Part shown: positions 50,892 to 61,732 of the stretch, in pieces
How the letters are laid out: each line of letters opens with the position of its first letter
Numbering within the stretch: the stretch's first letter is position 1
DNA from: a virus
Virus record (IMG/VR): IMGVR_UViG_3300032050_010539
Direction: 5' to 3' (one strand)
Length of the DNA: 64,000 nucleotides
Translations under genes and position numbers: made by a program
The notes under the pieces: model-generated
Database searches by the model: none
What the model saw: only the letters and a program-made list of their open reading frames with translations
What the model was told of the DNA's origin: nothing

Positions 50892-52034
50892 TCAATTTAA
50901 TAATCTATAGAGATCAAGTAGACTCTGATCCTCTGCGAGCTCAGGGTAACAATCATGGAGATAGGGACAAGGCTTACCAAAGGAATCGAGACAGGGACTA
51001 TAATTATCCTCAGGGTAATGGTGAGGGTAGAAACCTGCTGTGATTAATTTGTGCGTGCCAAAGAATGAGGTTAATACGCGATCCATGATGCTGCGGTCAA
51101 TAGGCGTTAGTACCAGACTACCCTCCCTGACGTTATAGATACCCATAGCATCAACGCGAGTGCCTGTCAATTTCTCATAGGCATAGGCATAGGCACAGAG
51201 CTGAGGGTTATACGCCAGCTTATCTGTAGTATAGGCAGACTTACTGGTCTTATAATCAACTATAGTTAGGCCATGAGAGGTGATTCCCACCCAGTCAATG
51301 AAGCCCAGGAGGTTGATACCGGCATCACCGCCGCAATCAGTCGGCATGGGCACCTCATTTATAATAGTGCCGTCATTATATCCACTGATAGGTAACTCAA
51401 CATAGATAGTGCGCTTAAACTCCTTAGGAGGAATAAAGGCCCGGCACAGGTTAAACGCGTCAGTCAGTGCACCAATAACATCAAGCTCAACATCCAATTC
51501 AGGATTAAGCATAAGCATATATTCATTAGCTGCATGCCGTAGAGCGAGGAGGGGCTCCTCTGCCTGTTTCCATGCAGTAGTAGACTGATAAGCGCTACTC
51601 ACCTTACCGGCAGCGGTGCGTATGGCATCGGGACCCTTATAGTCAGCGCGGGCTCTGTTATGCAACACTGCATAACCATCTACTAGGCCCATTAAGTAAC
51701 TAGAGATAGTGGTCTGGTCCGACGCAGGCGTATTAGATACAATGACACCAGCGGCCATAAGCGCGCTTATGTAGGTCTCCTCGAGGCACTGCTCTAGATT
51801 ATAATCATGTTCTACTTCAGGATCATAGTATAACTCGAGGGCCCCATGCACTAGGTTACCCAATAGAGTAGAGCGCGTAGCCCCACTCTTCCTATTGAGG
51901 TCAACGTATTTATGATAGAACTCCATCCCACAGCGGCGATATACGCGCAGTGCACTAACAGAGTAGTAGGGCGGGCGTTCTGCTACAGATCGACTAGTAA
52001 TAATATTAGAGGTCATCGCTAACCTCTGCGCCAT
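50892..52034 (-). CDS. PD-(D/E)XK exonuclease, RecB/Cas4-like
   Basis: YSVSAL....RC, GNLVH.ALE, GFID, IVDYKTS, QL.AYA and C-terminal C...CPY...C. Confidence 0.85.
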   Translation of the reverse strand: MAQRLAMTSNIITSRSVAERPPYYSVSALRVYRRCGMEFYHKYVDLNRKSGATRSTLLGNLVHGALELYYDPEVEHDYNLEQCLEETYISALMAAGVIVSNTPASDQTTISSYLMGLVDGYAVLHNRARADYKGPDAIRTAAGKVSSAYQSTTAWKQAEEPLLALRHAANEYMLMLNPELDVELDVIGALTDAFNLCRAFIPPKEFKRTIYVELPISGYNDGTIINEVPMPTDCGGDAGINLLGFIDWVGITSHGLTIVDYKTSKSAYTTDKLAYNPQLCAYAYAYEKLTGTRVDAMGIYNVREGSLVLTPIDRSIMDRVLTSFFGTHKLITAGFYPHHYPEDNYSPCLDSFGKPCPYLHDCYPELAEDQSLLDLYRLLN

Positions 52035-52557
52035 AATGAGCTAATAATACTGCCTCAGCCATACCATCATGGGGCTTGTGACAGAGAGAAGTCCTGAATA
52101 AATTAACAGCAGGATAGAGATTCACAGCAATAGATACACTGCGTGTCTTAGTAGGTTTATTATAGGTCCATTTGATAGGCGGGGTCATATCGGCATAGTG
52201 CGATTGCCACTCACGGGAATCTACTATTACATAATTCAGACCTATACCCTCCAATAGGCCAACTAGTCTCCCATAGTTAAACATAGTCTTAGCAGCAGAA
52301 CCCAGACCCTGGCGCTGCTCCTTTCCCTCAACCATCTTGGGCCGGACTACTATCTGACGCTCAATAATAGTAAGATGAGGTTTATAATGAGACAGGTAAT
52401 TCTTAATTACCCCCATGTTTATATCCTTATCAGACGTAGAGATTGGCATGATTCTAACATCAACTACATTATGGGTATCACCCTTTTGTAGTATACAAAG
52501 CCCCCCAGCTAAACCTGGGTCTATCCCACATATAAATTTAATCAAGATAATCACCAA
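52006..52557 (-). CDS. RuvC-like Holliday junction resolvase
   Basis: GIDPGLAGG, IIE, FNYG and HDGMAEAVLLA. Confidence 0.85.
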   Translation of the reverse strand: MVIILIKFICGIDPGLAGGLCILQKGDTHNVVDVRIMPISTSDKDINMGVIKNYLSHYKPHLTIIERQIVVRPKMVEGKEQRQGLGSAAKTMFNYGRLVGLLEGIGLNYVIVDSREWQSHYADMTPPIKWTYNKPTKTRSVSIAVNLYPAVNLFRTSLCHKPHDGMAEAVLLAHYGAEVSDDL

Positions 52558-52605
52558 CTAATATATTATCATTATAGCACATAACGCCTGCTACACTGAG
52601 AATAA

Positions 52606-52803
52606 TTAATTGAATTGAAACAACCAGGGATTCCAAGTTAGTTCAGTATTATCATCTAACGTGACAACCACTTTGTTCTTATGATTAACGTAGGGGTTAC
52701 CCTTCGTGTTATAACTATAACCCGCTGACTTAGGATACGTTGATTGATATGCTATATTAGTAACTACTTTATTATTAATCTCATCACCTAGCTTGATGTG
52801 CAT
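52606..52803 (-). CDS. Small hypothetical protein
   Basis: 65 aa, overlaps the end of the radical SAM gene. Confidence 0.5.
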   Translation of the reverse strand: MHIKLGDEINNKVVTNIAYQSTYPKSAGYSYNTKGNPYVNHKNKVVVTLDDNTELTWNPWLFQFN

Positions 52804-53705
52804 GAGAAGCCTGCCTGGAAGTAATCGATTAGTGAAGTAGAGTCGAATGACGTGCGGTTATAACTACGACTAGTAGGAGCATACTGCTGCTTAACCGCAT
52901 CAATATACATAGTGAACTGGAAGTCATCGCCCATATAGAAGCGGGCCCACCCCTCATCAGTGAATAAACGTCTGAGCTCTAACTGTTCGATAGCCAGGTT
53001 ATCAAAGGAGAGATTACACCTGCCTATAAGAAAGGGTAGAGAACGCCGCCACTGCGCTATGCCTGCATCTACCTCAGGGCTATGATAATCTATACCGAAG
53101 CCGAAGTTCTTATAGCCTAGTACGAGTACCTTACTGGTTGCAGCACTGAGATTAACCAACTCATCGATTATACTAACGGGATGGATACCAGCGATTATGT
53201 GATACACGATGTTATCTGAGAGACGCAGTACTGATATCAGACTGCTATAGTTACTACTAGTAATTGAGATGCCGAGGCCCCGCACTAACTCCCGGCTTAC
53301 GATATCCTCTATTAGAGTATCGTAGCGATGTAGATGACCTTGGTTAACAGTAATGTTAGCTATAAGCCCGCGGGCCTTAAGTTCTACTAGGTAATCCACT
53401 ATATTAGGATGAGATAGTGGGTTACCACCTCCGTTTGCTAACTCGACCCCAGCAGGTATATCACTAAGGACATCGAGTAACCGTGTTAGGTCAGCGTGTT
53501 TACCATTACGAGTAGAACTCTCATGACAATATTTACATCCCATATCACAGTAGTCAGTGATCTTAATATCTATAGAGCAGGGATAGGCGGGGCGGGCCCC
53601 AACCACACTTGTAGTACGAACCAGGGTACCATCAGCATATAGAGTACACTCATAGTCACCATTGGTATAATGCGCTAAAGTTGTCGTTTCATTAAACTTA
53701 TTCAT
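52788..53705 (-). CDS. Radical SAM protein
   Basis: CDMGCKYCH (CxxxCxxC) and GGGNPL. No Cys-rich SPASM tail. Confidence 0.9.
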   Translation of the reverse strand: MNKFNETTTLAHYTNGDYECTLYADGTLVRTTSVVGARPAYPCSIDIKITDYCDMGCKYCHESSTRNGKHADLTRLLDVLSDIPAGVELANGGGNPLSHPNIVDYLVELKARGLIANITVNQGHLHRYDTLIEDIVSRELVRGLGISITSSNYSSLISVLRLSDNIVYHIIAGIHPVSIIDELVNLSAATSKVLVLGYKNFGFGIDYHSPEVDAGIAQWRRSLPFLIGRCNLSFDNLAIEQLELRRLFTDEGWARFYMGDDFQFTMYIDAVKQQYAPTSRSYNRTSFDSTSLIDYFQAGFSCTSS

Positions 53706-53709
53706 AGAA

Positions 53710-54045
53710 TTACGGATAATCAGTATTAATCCCCATGATCTCGCAGGCTTCGATTAATTTATCTATCCCCCCGAACCATCCGGCGGTAACATTAGAATGG
53801 CTCAACGTGCATCGGAGCTCTTCGATGAGGCATTCACCTCTACGCTCTTCTGTGTAGGCTTCTGGAGAAGGATATAATTCGCATTCCCAATCTCCTACTT
53901 GACGGTGAGTATCAATATCAAACTTTTTGTTATCAACCACTATATACTTTCGCCCGACTGATTTAATAGTTCCCCATGTACCATCCTCGTGGGGAATTAC
54001 TGCCCATACCCTGGCCCCCTTTTTAATAAAGTCTTTTGGCAACAT
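53710..54045 (-). CDS. Hypothetical protein (SH3-like beta barrel N-terminus)
   Basis: GTIKSVGRKYIVV pattern and GAGG RBS. Confidence 0.55.
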   Translation of the reverse strand: MLPKDFIKKGARVWAVIPHEDGTWGTIKSVGRKYIVVDNKKFDIDTHRQVGDWECELYPSPEAYTEERRGECLIEELRCTLSHSNVTAGWFGGIDKLIEACEIMGINTDYP

Positions 54046-54094
54046 TTGATTTTCCTCTGGTAAATTAGTTTAGACGAGCTTTAGCTAGTGATAT

Positions 54095-54589
54095 CTAATT
54101 GCCCTTGTAAAAGAAGTCGCTAGCATACTCCATAACTGCTTTATTATCAATCACATAACTGTAGTCATTATCACTACCGGTTAGGATAAAGCTATAGGGC
54201 GAGAATAGATAACGCATCATCATATTTTTATTAGCTACAATAGCATCGAGGAAGCCGTTCAACTCATTGGCATGATCCATGTAGCCGTCATTAAGACTTT
54301 CGTATTCGTCATATACTACATCCTCGGCAGTTACAGCAATACCCTCTGATAGCAGGTAGAGTATCATGTCATAGGCGTCTTTCATCCTATCGTTAGCGGC
54401 GAAGCCCGTGTATAAATAACTGGCCTTGGCTGCTATAGAACTCAGGATAATAGTATCAGAACCAAATTCGCCAATCTCGAAATGTATTAATTCAGGGATA
54501 GTAAGGCTAGTCTGACAGGGAATAGATATACTATGGGTGCTCGAACTATTAGTTTCAAATACACCCTGACGGACTTGAATGCTAAGCAT
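54095..54589 (-). CDS. Conserved phage protein of the RxGVFETNSSSTHS type
   Basis: N-terminal motif VRQGVFETNSSSTHSISI and later GYMDH. Confidence 0.7.
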   Translation of the reverse strand: MLSIQVRQGVFETNSSSTHSISIPCQTSLTIPELIHFEIGEFGSDTIILSSIAAKASYLYTGFAANDRMKDAYDMILYLLSEGIAVTAEDVVYDEYESLNDGYMDHANELNGFLDAIVANKNMMMRYLFSPYSFILTGSDNDYSYVIDNKAVMEYASDFFYKGN

Positions 54590-54670
54590 AGAAACCTCTT
54601 AAGAAATTGTAGATCTACTTACGACGGGTTGACACTAGTCTCGACAACAGAGGCACGACAGTGAGGGCTA

Positions 54671-54751
54671 TCAGGTTAAGTCATTAAACAATAAGCCAAT
54701 TATTGTAATAAGAGCGAGAGCCAGCCCTATAACTAACGGTGCATTATCCAT
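54671..54751 (-). CDS. 26-aa single-pass membrane peptide MDNAPLVIGLALALITIIGLLFNDLT
   Basis: Manual translation. A GGAGG RBS lies just upstream and the ORF fills an intergenic gap. Confidence 0.55.
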   Translation of the reverse strand: MDNAPLVIGLALALITIIGLLFNDLT

Positions 54752-54810
54752 CTTAACCTCCCAGGATTATTAATAGTGATTTGACATTAACTCTAGTGGA
54801 ATGGGGAGCG

Positions 54811-55612
54811 CTATCGTTTATCTGCGGCGAAGGCGCGTTGTGTTAGCTTAGCCATATCCCTAATAGCATCCCATCCTGCCTCACCATATTGAGATACAGC
54901 ATATTGCTCAACAGCGAGTAGTATATCAGCTAACTCGCACTGCCTCAATAACGAATTAGTGGCCTCGCGACACTCGAGCAACTCCTCGTATATCTTATCC
55001 AGCGTATTAACAAAATATTTAGGGATAGGACTAGAGTGATAGCCCGGCTGGAAGGAGTCATTAACTGCTATACTAAAGCGGGGCTCAGCTATACCAGTGC
55101 CATAGTACCACCAGTGGTCCTCATAAGAGCGCTTACCATAAGAACCCAGCTCTAGATTCAATGGGGTATAAATTATATCTGTCTCATTGTCACAACGCAC
55201 AAACTTGAGATTATGTGGATTAATGTAATGTAGCATCCACTGGTATGCATCACGACAGATAGTATCTTCAGTCATACCAGGCATACCCTTATACACGAAT
55301 AACTCTAGTTTCATGAAGTAAGGGCGGCTATAATCATCATTATCCAGTGGACGAAAGCACGGCGTAATAGCTTGCAGTGCGTCACCTGCCTGATAATGTC
55401 CATTTATCGCATTATAGATGAAGGTCTGTTCTGCGCTACCTACCAGCACAAAAGAGTCGTAACAGCTATAGGAGGCCTGACTGTTAGGCTCTGGTGAGGT
55501 TATAGAGCCGATATCGCGAGGGCACGACCCATTTTAGATCGACTATTCTATAGCCCTTCTGTTTATAGTACTCCTGCGCTTCTACTAAATAGCGGTAATT
55601 AATAGTAAACAT
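54811..55612 (-). CDS. Class II aaRS-like catalytic mini-domain fused to MazG-like domain; frameshifted at about 55521
   Basis: aaRS-like motifs LVGSAEQ, TPCFR, YFMKLEL, ELGSYG, GTGIAEPR. C-terminal KIYEELLE...ELADILLA. The upstream frame MFTINYRYLVEAQEYYKQKGY...WVVP joins if one base is removed. Confidence 0.65.
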
Positions 55613-55616
55613 TTGA

Positions 55617-55958
55617 TTAGTCCTTAATTAATAGAACGTTTCTTTCTTGATAATACGCTAGGCGGCCCTCGCAAAATTGAATTACAGAGCTAGGTTGAGC
55701 CTTAAGCACCTTTTCTACCTTGGCATTGTCAAAGAAGCGCACATCCTTATTTATAAAGTTAGGAGATAATAGGTCGTTGATCTCTATGAAGATACGCGGA
55801 AGTAATTCAAGTAAAGAGGCGGGCGGCTCCTCCTCGATTACTCTCTCACATAGAGCTGCATCCATCTGACAGAGATACACATGGAATGGCTTATTAGGGT
55901 ACTCTTTCATCAGATACTCTAGATTAAGACTAATAAGCATAGATAGGTTAGCAGACAT
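55617..55958 (-). CDS. Hypothetical protein
   Basis: 113-aa ORF in the operon. Confidence 0.6.
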   Translation of the reverse strand: MSANLSMLISLNLEYLMKEYPNKPFHVYLCQMDAALCERVIEEEPPASLLELLPRIFIEINDLLSPNFINKDVRFFDNAKVEKVLKAQPSSVIQFCEGRLAYYQERNVLLIKD

Positions 55959-56448
55959 TAAATAATCTCCTGTTAATATCAGATGATAGGAAGGCCTCTA
56001 ACCAGACAGGGCGGGGCTCTATAAGATAACAGGCCCGCGCTGCGATAAGAGGATGATAGAAGTAAGGTAAAAACTCTAGCTGAGCTAGTGCCTCTATATG
56101 ATGAGGCGTAGCTATACCTCTATGATCTAGTATACCCAGGGTAGGGTAGCGCTCGTGATATATATTTAGGTTATAGTTGTGCAGATACTCAGTAGTATCT
56201 AGACAGTACCAGGCAGCGCCAGAGCGGGGCCGCTCCATATCAGATAGGTAGCCTGTTATAATCGGCGGGCCCTCACTATCCTCACATAGATACTCTATGG
56301 CACGTCTATACATACGCCACTCCTGGGCCCAACTCGACTGTAGTGTTATAGTAACAGCACTATAGCGGCCATCAGCGTAACGCCCTACATAATAGGGGTA
56401 TATCATACAATCGCGAGCTGGTATACTCACGTGATAATTAGTCATCAC
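55948..56448 (-). CDS. Hypothetical protein
   Basis: 166-aa ORF coupled to the primase gene. Confidence 0.6.
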   Translation of the reverse strand: MMTNYHVSIPARDCMIYPYYVGRYADGRYSAVTITLQSSWAQEWRMYRRAIEYLCEDSEGPPIITGYLSDMERPRSGAAWYCLDTTEYLHNYNLNIYHERYPTLGILDHRGIATPHHIEALAQLEFLPYFYHPLIAARACYLIEPRPVWLEAFLSSDINRRLFNVC

Positions 56449-57638
56449 GATCCAAATAGTAGAGAGGCATATTCAAGGGGCCCTAATTGATTATCTACAT
56501 AAGGAGCCAGTAGCCCTAAGGGGGAATGAGTGGCAGTTAATACCCGCAATATATCTACGTGATGACTAATGTCGGGCCCCCATTGAGCTAGTAAATCATC
56601 TACGAATAGTATGCGGTTAGCATTAATAGTATCAGCAGCATTAACGCGAGGCTCTGCTACCAACCACTCATTAATATCCTTATAATCAGCAACCATATAC
56701 GTCATAAGCTCAGCTAATGGTAAGTTAATCTGCAGCTGAACTAGTTGAGGTATGATACGCACCCAGCTCTTATATACGCCAGCATGAGTAGGATGATCAT
56801 CGCTATACTTATCTGAGTCGAATATAAATGTGATATGACGGAAGGGCTTGAATTTACTGGTGTGACATAATAGATACTCCAGACCCAATAACCCCACTAC
56901 AGGTAAACCACGACCTACTAGTGATGTGGCATCAGGCGGGCCCTCAACTATATATAGCTCGCGAGCTGGGTGCTTACTATACTCCTTAAGACAATGTTCT
57001 AGATAGAGATAGCGCTTACTATTAATAGCGGCCCGCGTATCCTTATAACGGGGGGCCCTCTCACTACTACCTATATAGCGACCAACCATATGGACTAGAT
57101 GACCTCGTGTATCTCGTATAGGGAATATAATGCGTTCCCTATAGTAATCCTCGCCGTCCTCCTTAATCAGACCCTCGCGGGCTAATGCCTCATGATCTAT
57201 ATCGAATTGACGTAGACCACCAGGAGGAGCATACCCTATACCAATACTACGAGCTAGATCGAGAGACCAGCCCCGCCGTAGTATATAATCCTGAGCAGCA
57301 GGCGTAGTATCAAGATAATAGTGATAGGCCTCTAGCGCGCTCTCTAGTACTATACTGCGAGCATCCATAACCTCGCGGGCCTGACGTATACCGGCGCGGG
57401 CCTCTAACTGTTGCATAGCCCCAGCATAATCAAGCTTAGTATGCCAACGCCAGGCATTAACCAGGCCCATACCTGCGTTCAACTCACAACTAGTCCTCCA
57501 GCACTTCATATAGTGCGGATATACACTCAGCTTACCGCGGCCCCCACAAGCAGGACAATCATTAGTACCATGCCGTAGATTTAGTAGCTCTGGTATAGTT
57601 AGCCGCTCCATTATCAGTTGTTCATTCTCTCTCGTCAC
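56445..57638 (-). CDS. DNA primase (DnaG-like)
   Basis: Zn finger CPACGG...C...C, RIIFPIRD..G, and TOPRIM motifs IVEGPPDA and FDSD. Confidence 0.9.
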   Translation of the reverse strand: MTRENEQLIMERLTIPELLNLRHGTNDCPACGGRGKLSVYPHYMKCWRTSCELNAGMGLVNAWRWHTKLDYAGAMQQLEARAGIRQAREVMDARSIVLESALEAYHYYLDTTPAAQDYILRRGWSLDLARSIGIGYAPPGGLRQFDIDHEALAREGLIKEDGEDYYRERIIFPIRDTRGHLVHMVGRYIGSSERAPRYKDTRAAINSKRYLYLEHCLKEYSKHPARELYIVEGPPDATSLVGRGLPVVGLLGLEYLLCHTSKFKPFRHITFIFDSDKYSDDHPTHAGVYKSWVRIIPQLVQLQINLPLAELMTYMVADYKDINEWLVAEPRVNAADTINANRILFVDDLLAQWGPDISHHVDILRVLTATHSPLGLLAPYVDNQLGPLEYASLLFGS

Positions 57639-57739
57639 CGCTCTCCGTATATTGTATGAATGCCCTATAATAACTAAGCTTGAACTTAAACATTAATACA
57701 TATTGCCTGTTAATGGCAAGATGCTCGAGATAAGTGATG

Positions 57740-57898
57740 TCACTTACCCGTAGCCCATTCCATAAGAATATCTCGGTCAACATACCTCACCCACGTCATC
57801 CATACTTCCGTTCTTAAGGGATACCTTCGACATGGTTCAGGCCATATATTTATATCTCGTCTATCGCGCCACATATCGCCCTCTAATATAAATTGCAT
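57740..57898 (-). CDS. Possible 52-aa Trp-rich ORF between the array and primase
   Basis: Manual translation MQFILEGDMWRDRRDINIW...EWATGK. Overlaps the end of the last array unit. Confidence 0.3.
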   Translation of the reverse strand: MQFILEGDMWRDRRDINIWPEPCRRYPLRTEVWMTWVRYVDRDILMEWATGK

Positions 57899-58053
57899 AC
57901 TTCCAGTCTGTAATAAAACAAAGCAAGTTCGAAAGAATTACAATCATAAAACTTACGCATTAAGTGATATACCTCAATGGGGGGTTCAGGCATAAACATA
58001 GAGGCCTTCAGCTTATTGTGCAGAGTCCAATCGTTATGATTAATAGTATTCAT
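57883..58053 (-). CDS. Terminal array peptide, 56 aa (not in the ORF track)
   Basis: MNTINHNDWTLHNKLKASMFMPEPP...LALFYYRLEVCNLY. Confidence 0.5.
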   Translation of the reverse strand: MNTINHNDWTLHNKLKASMFMPEPPIEVYHLMRKFYDCNSFELALFYYRLEVCNLY

Positions 58054-58875
58054 TCAAACAAACCTTTATGATTCAATCTAGAGTAAAACGAACCGACATG
58101 ATTCCTGCTCATTAAATAAGAGCGGGTTACTAAGTAATTTGCAGGCTCAATAAGTATAAAGGCCTTAAGCTTATTGTGTAGAGACCAATCATTAATCATA
58201 ATCATCTTCATTGAAATCATCTTCATTGAAATAACCGCCCTTATGTATAATGTCATCCTTACTCATTCTCATCTAAAATGTGTTAGACAATTCACTTACC
58301 AGTCTATAGTAAAACTGGTCGACAGAGGTAATAAGTATAGAGGCCTTCAGCTTATTGTGCAGAATCCAAATATTACAATTTAGTCTTCATCGAAATAATT
58401 GTATAGCAGTCTATAGTAAAATTGATCTATAAAAGTAATAAGTATAGAGGCCTTGAGCTTATTGTCGATAGTCCAGTCGTAAAGCGAACCCAATTTGAAA
58501 TAATCATTATTACACAGAACCCAATTATTATATAAAATCCAATAAGTAGAAATTCTCTTCATCAAAACAAACCCTTATGATTCAATCTAGAGTAAAACGA
58601 ACCGACCTTATTAAATAAGACCAGGTTACTAAGTAATTTGCCCCAACGAAAGACTCAATAAGCATAGAGGCTTTTTATTATTTGTCTCAGTGGAAGGTTC
58701 AGTAATAAGTATAGAAGCTTTAAGCTTATTGTGTAGAGTCCAATCACACAAACTCTTATGACCCAATCTAGAATAAAACAAACCGACATAGTACCTGCTC
58801 ATTAAATAAGACCAGATACCATAATTTGCCTTAACGGAAGGCTCAATAAGCATAAAGGCCTCAAAGGTCCAATCA

Positions 58876-59028
58876 TTAATCATAATCATCTTCATCGAAA
58901 TAACCGTCCTCATTTAGAATAATAAACCAATAAAACCGGGTTACTAAATAATTTGCCCCAACGGAAAACTCAAGCATAGGGGCCTTAATAAGCTTATTGT
59001 GCAGAGACCAATCATTAATCATCTTCAT
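58876..59028 (-). CDS. Array peptide, 50 aa (not in the ORF track)
   Basis: MKMINDWSLHNKLIKAPMLEFSVGANYLVTRFYWFIILNEDGYFDEDDYD. Confidence 0.5.
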   Translation of the reverse strand: MKMINDWSLHNKLIKAPMLEFSVGANYLVTRFYWFIILNEDGYFDEDDYD

Positions 59029-61031
59029 CGAAATAATCATCTTTATATAGAATGTCGTATATCGCAGCTCTTAGTCTATAGTAAAACCCGCCGGTAGAGA
59101 TAATAAGTGTACGGGCCTTTAACTTATTGTTGAGAGTCCAGTCGTAAAACAAAGCAAGTTTAAAAACTTTACAATTAACCATCTTCATAAAATGCAACTC
59201 TTATGATTCAATCTAGAGTAAAACGAACCGACATAATACCTGCCCATTAAATAAGACTCGGTTACTAAGTAATTTGCCCCAACGGAAAACTCAATAAGCA
59301 TAGAGGCCTCAAGCTTATTGTGCAGAGACCAATAATCATTAATCATCTTCATCGAAATAACCGTCCTCATATTCATCAAATTGGCCATCCTCAAGATAAT
59401 AACCGCCCTCATCTAGAATATCATCTTTATCTAGGATGTTTTCTAACATATTTATCAATCTACAGTAAAACCGGAAGATAGAGCCGCAACACTTGCTTAG
59501 TTTAGGAGTATAAATCTCGAAACCCATCTCTTCATAATAATGAAACAAGCGCAAGGCATTGAGATAATCATTATTCAAAATCCAAGGTAACAGACAATCG
59601 TTAGAAACATTCTTCATTGAAATAACCGTCCTTATATAAAATATCATTCTTATTCATCCTCATCTAGAATGTTATGTATAACACACTTACCAGTCTATAA
59701 TAAAACTGGTCGACAGAGATAATAAGTATAGAGGTCTTCAACTTATTGTGCAGAGTCCGAAAGTAATTTGCCCCAACGGAAGGCTCAATAAGCATAGAAG
59801 CTCTAAGCTTATTGTTTAGAGTCCACCCTTCACATATAATCATCTTCACTAGAATAACCGTCCTTATGTATAAAGTAATCCTTATTCATTCTCATCTAGA
59901 ATGTGTTAGACAGTCTATAGTAAAACAGGTCTACAGAGGTAATAAGTATAAAGGCCTTCAGCTTATTGTGCATAATAAAGGCAAATTTGAAAGATTTATA
60001 GCTTACTAAATCATTTATCTCAGCGAAAGACTCAGTAGTAAGTATAAGGTTATTATGTGTAATCCAATATTTAGAGATAGTGTTCATTAAAGTAATCATC
60101 CTCATTTAGAATATCACTCTCATCTAGAGCGTTATATATAAAAGCCACTAGTCTATAGTAAAGCCGGTTGATAGAGCACTTGCTTAATTCAGGAATATGA
60201 CTCTCGAGGCCCACATCCTCATAATAATAAAACAAGTAATTAAGCTTGTTACAACTAATTGCTCTCATTGAAGTAATCGCCCCCCATTCAGAAAGCCATA
60301 TATCCCAAATTCTCCCATTCTATAATAAAACCAGGCGAGTCCCCCAGGACTATAAGCAAAATACAATTTACCTAATAATACCTGTAGGTCAACAGACGGA
60401 TCAGTAATAGGTATAGGTATATTTAACCTATTACGTGGGGCCCATTTGCTACAATTAATTATCTTCATCGAAATAATCATCCTCATCTAGAATGTTATAT
60501 AACACATCTCCTAATCTATGATAAAATACGTTGATAGGAACATGTAACTTGTTCAATTCAGGGATATAGACCTCGATACCCATGTTTTCATAGTAGTAAC
60601 GATAAGACCATAGATGGTATTTTCTATTACGAGGAGCCCAATTATTACAACTAATCATCTTCATCGAAATAATCGTCCTTATCTAGAGCGCTATATAATC
60701 TAGAGTAGAACGAACGGACGTAGAACCTGCTTATTAAATAAAACCTAGGTACTAAGCCGGTTGTTCTAACGGAAGGCTCAATAAGCATAGAGGCTCTAAG
60801 CTTATTGTGTAGAGTCAACTCATCACATATAATAGTCTTCATAAAAACATACTCCTACCCAGTCTGAAGTAAAACAAAGATGTCGAAGCAGACACCCCCA
60901 CCCAAAAAATACTGTAATGCGTAGCGAGGTTGAAATAATTATGATTATAATACTTTCTTACATTTATATCAGTGGAAGGCTCTCTACTAGATATAGATAC
61001 CCTAAGTTTGTTATTAAGCATAGGCCAATAA

Positions 61032-61187
61032 CTAATCATCTTCATCGAAATAATTATCCTCATATAGAATGTCGTATATCGTAGCTTTTAGTCTATAGTA
61101 AAACCCGCCGGTAGATAATAACTTTAGCTTATTCTTGGGAGTCCAGTCGTAAAACAAAGCAAGTTTGAAAACGTTACAATTAATCAT
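61032..61187 (-). CDS. Array peptide, 51 aa (not in the ORF track)
   Basis: MINCNVFKLALFYDWTPKNKLKLLSTGGFYYRLKATIYDILYEDNYFDEDD. Confidence 0.5.
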   Translation of the reverse strand: MINCNVFKLALFYDWTPKNKLKLLSTGGFYYRLKATIYDILYEDNYFDEDD

Positions 61188-61732
61188 CTTTATAGAATAT
61201 ATACTTATTTACTATGTCACATACCAGTCTATAATAAAATCGGTCGACAGCATAAAACCTTAATTCAGGAGTATAGGTATCGATATCCATACGCTCACAA
61301 TAATAAAAGAAGTAATTAAGCTTGTTATAACTAATTGCCCTCATTGAGGTAACCGCCCCCCATAAAGGCCATATAACCCAAATCCTCCCAGCCTATAATA
61401 AAACCAGGCGAGTCTCCCAGGACTACAAGCAAAATACAATTTACCTAATAATCCTTGTAGGTCAACAGACGGATCAGTAATAGGTATAGGTATATTCAAG
61501 TTATTACGTGGGGCCCAATTGTTACAATTAATCATCTTCATTAAAGTAATTGTCCTCATATAGAATGCTATACAACACTACTCCCGCTAGTCTATGGTAA
61601 AACCTGGCAGGCCCCCCAGCGTTATAAGTATGAAAGTTATAGTTATAGAAACTGTAGTATAAACTATCACTGTCTACTAAAATCGACGGGTCAGTGATAT
61701 ATGTATTTAGTTTACTACGTGAAGGCCAACCA

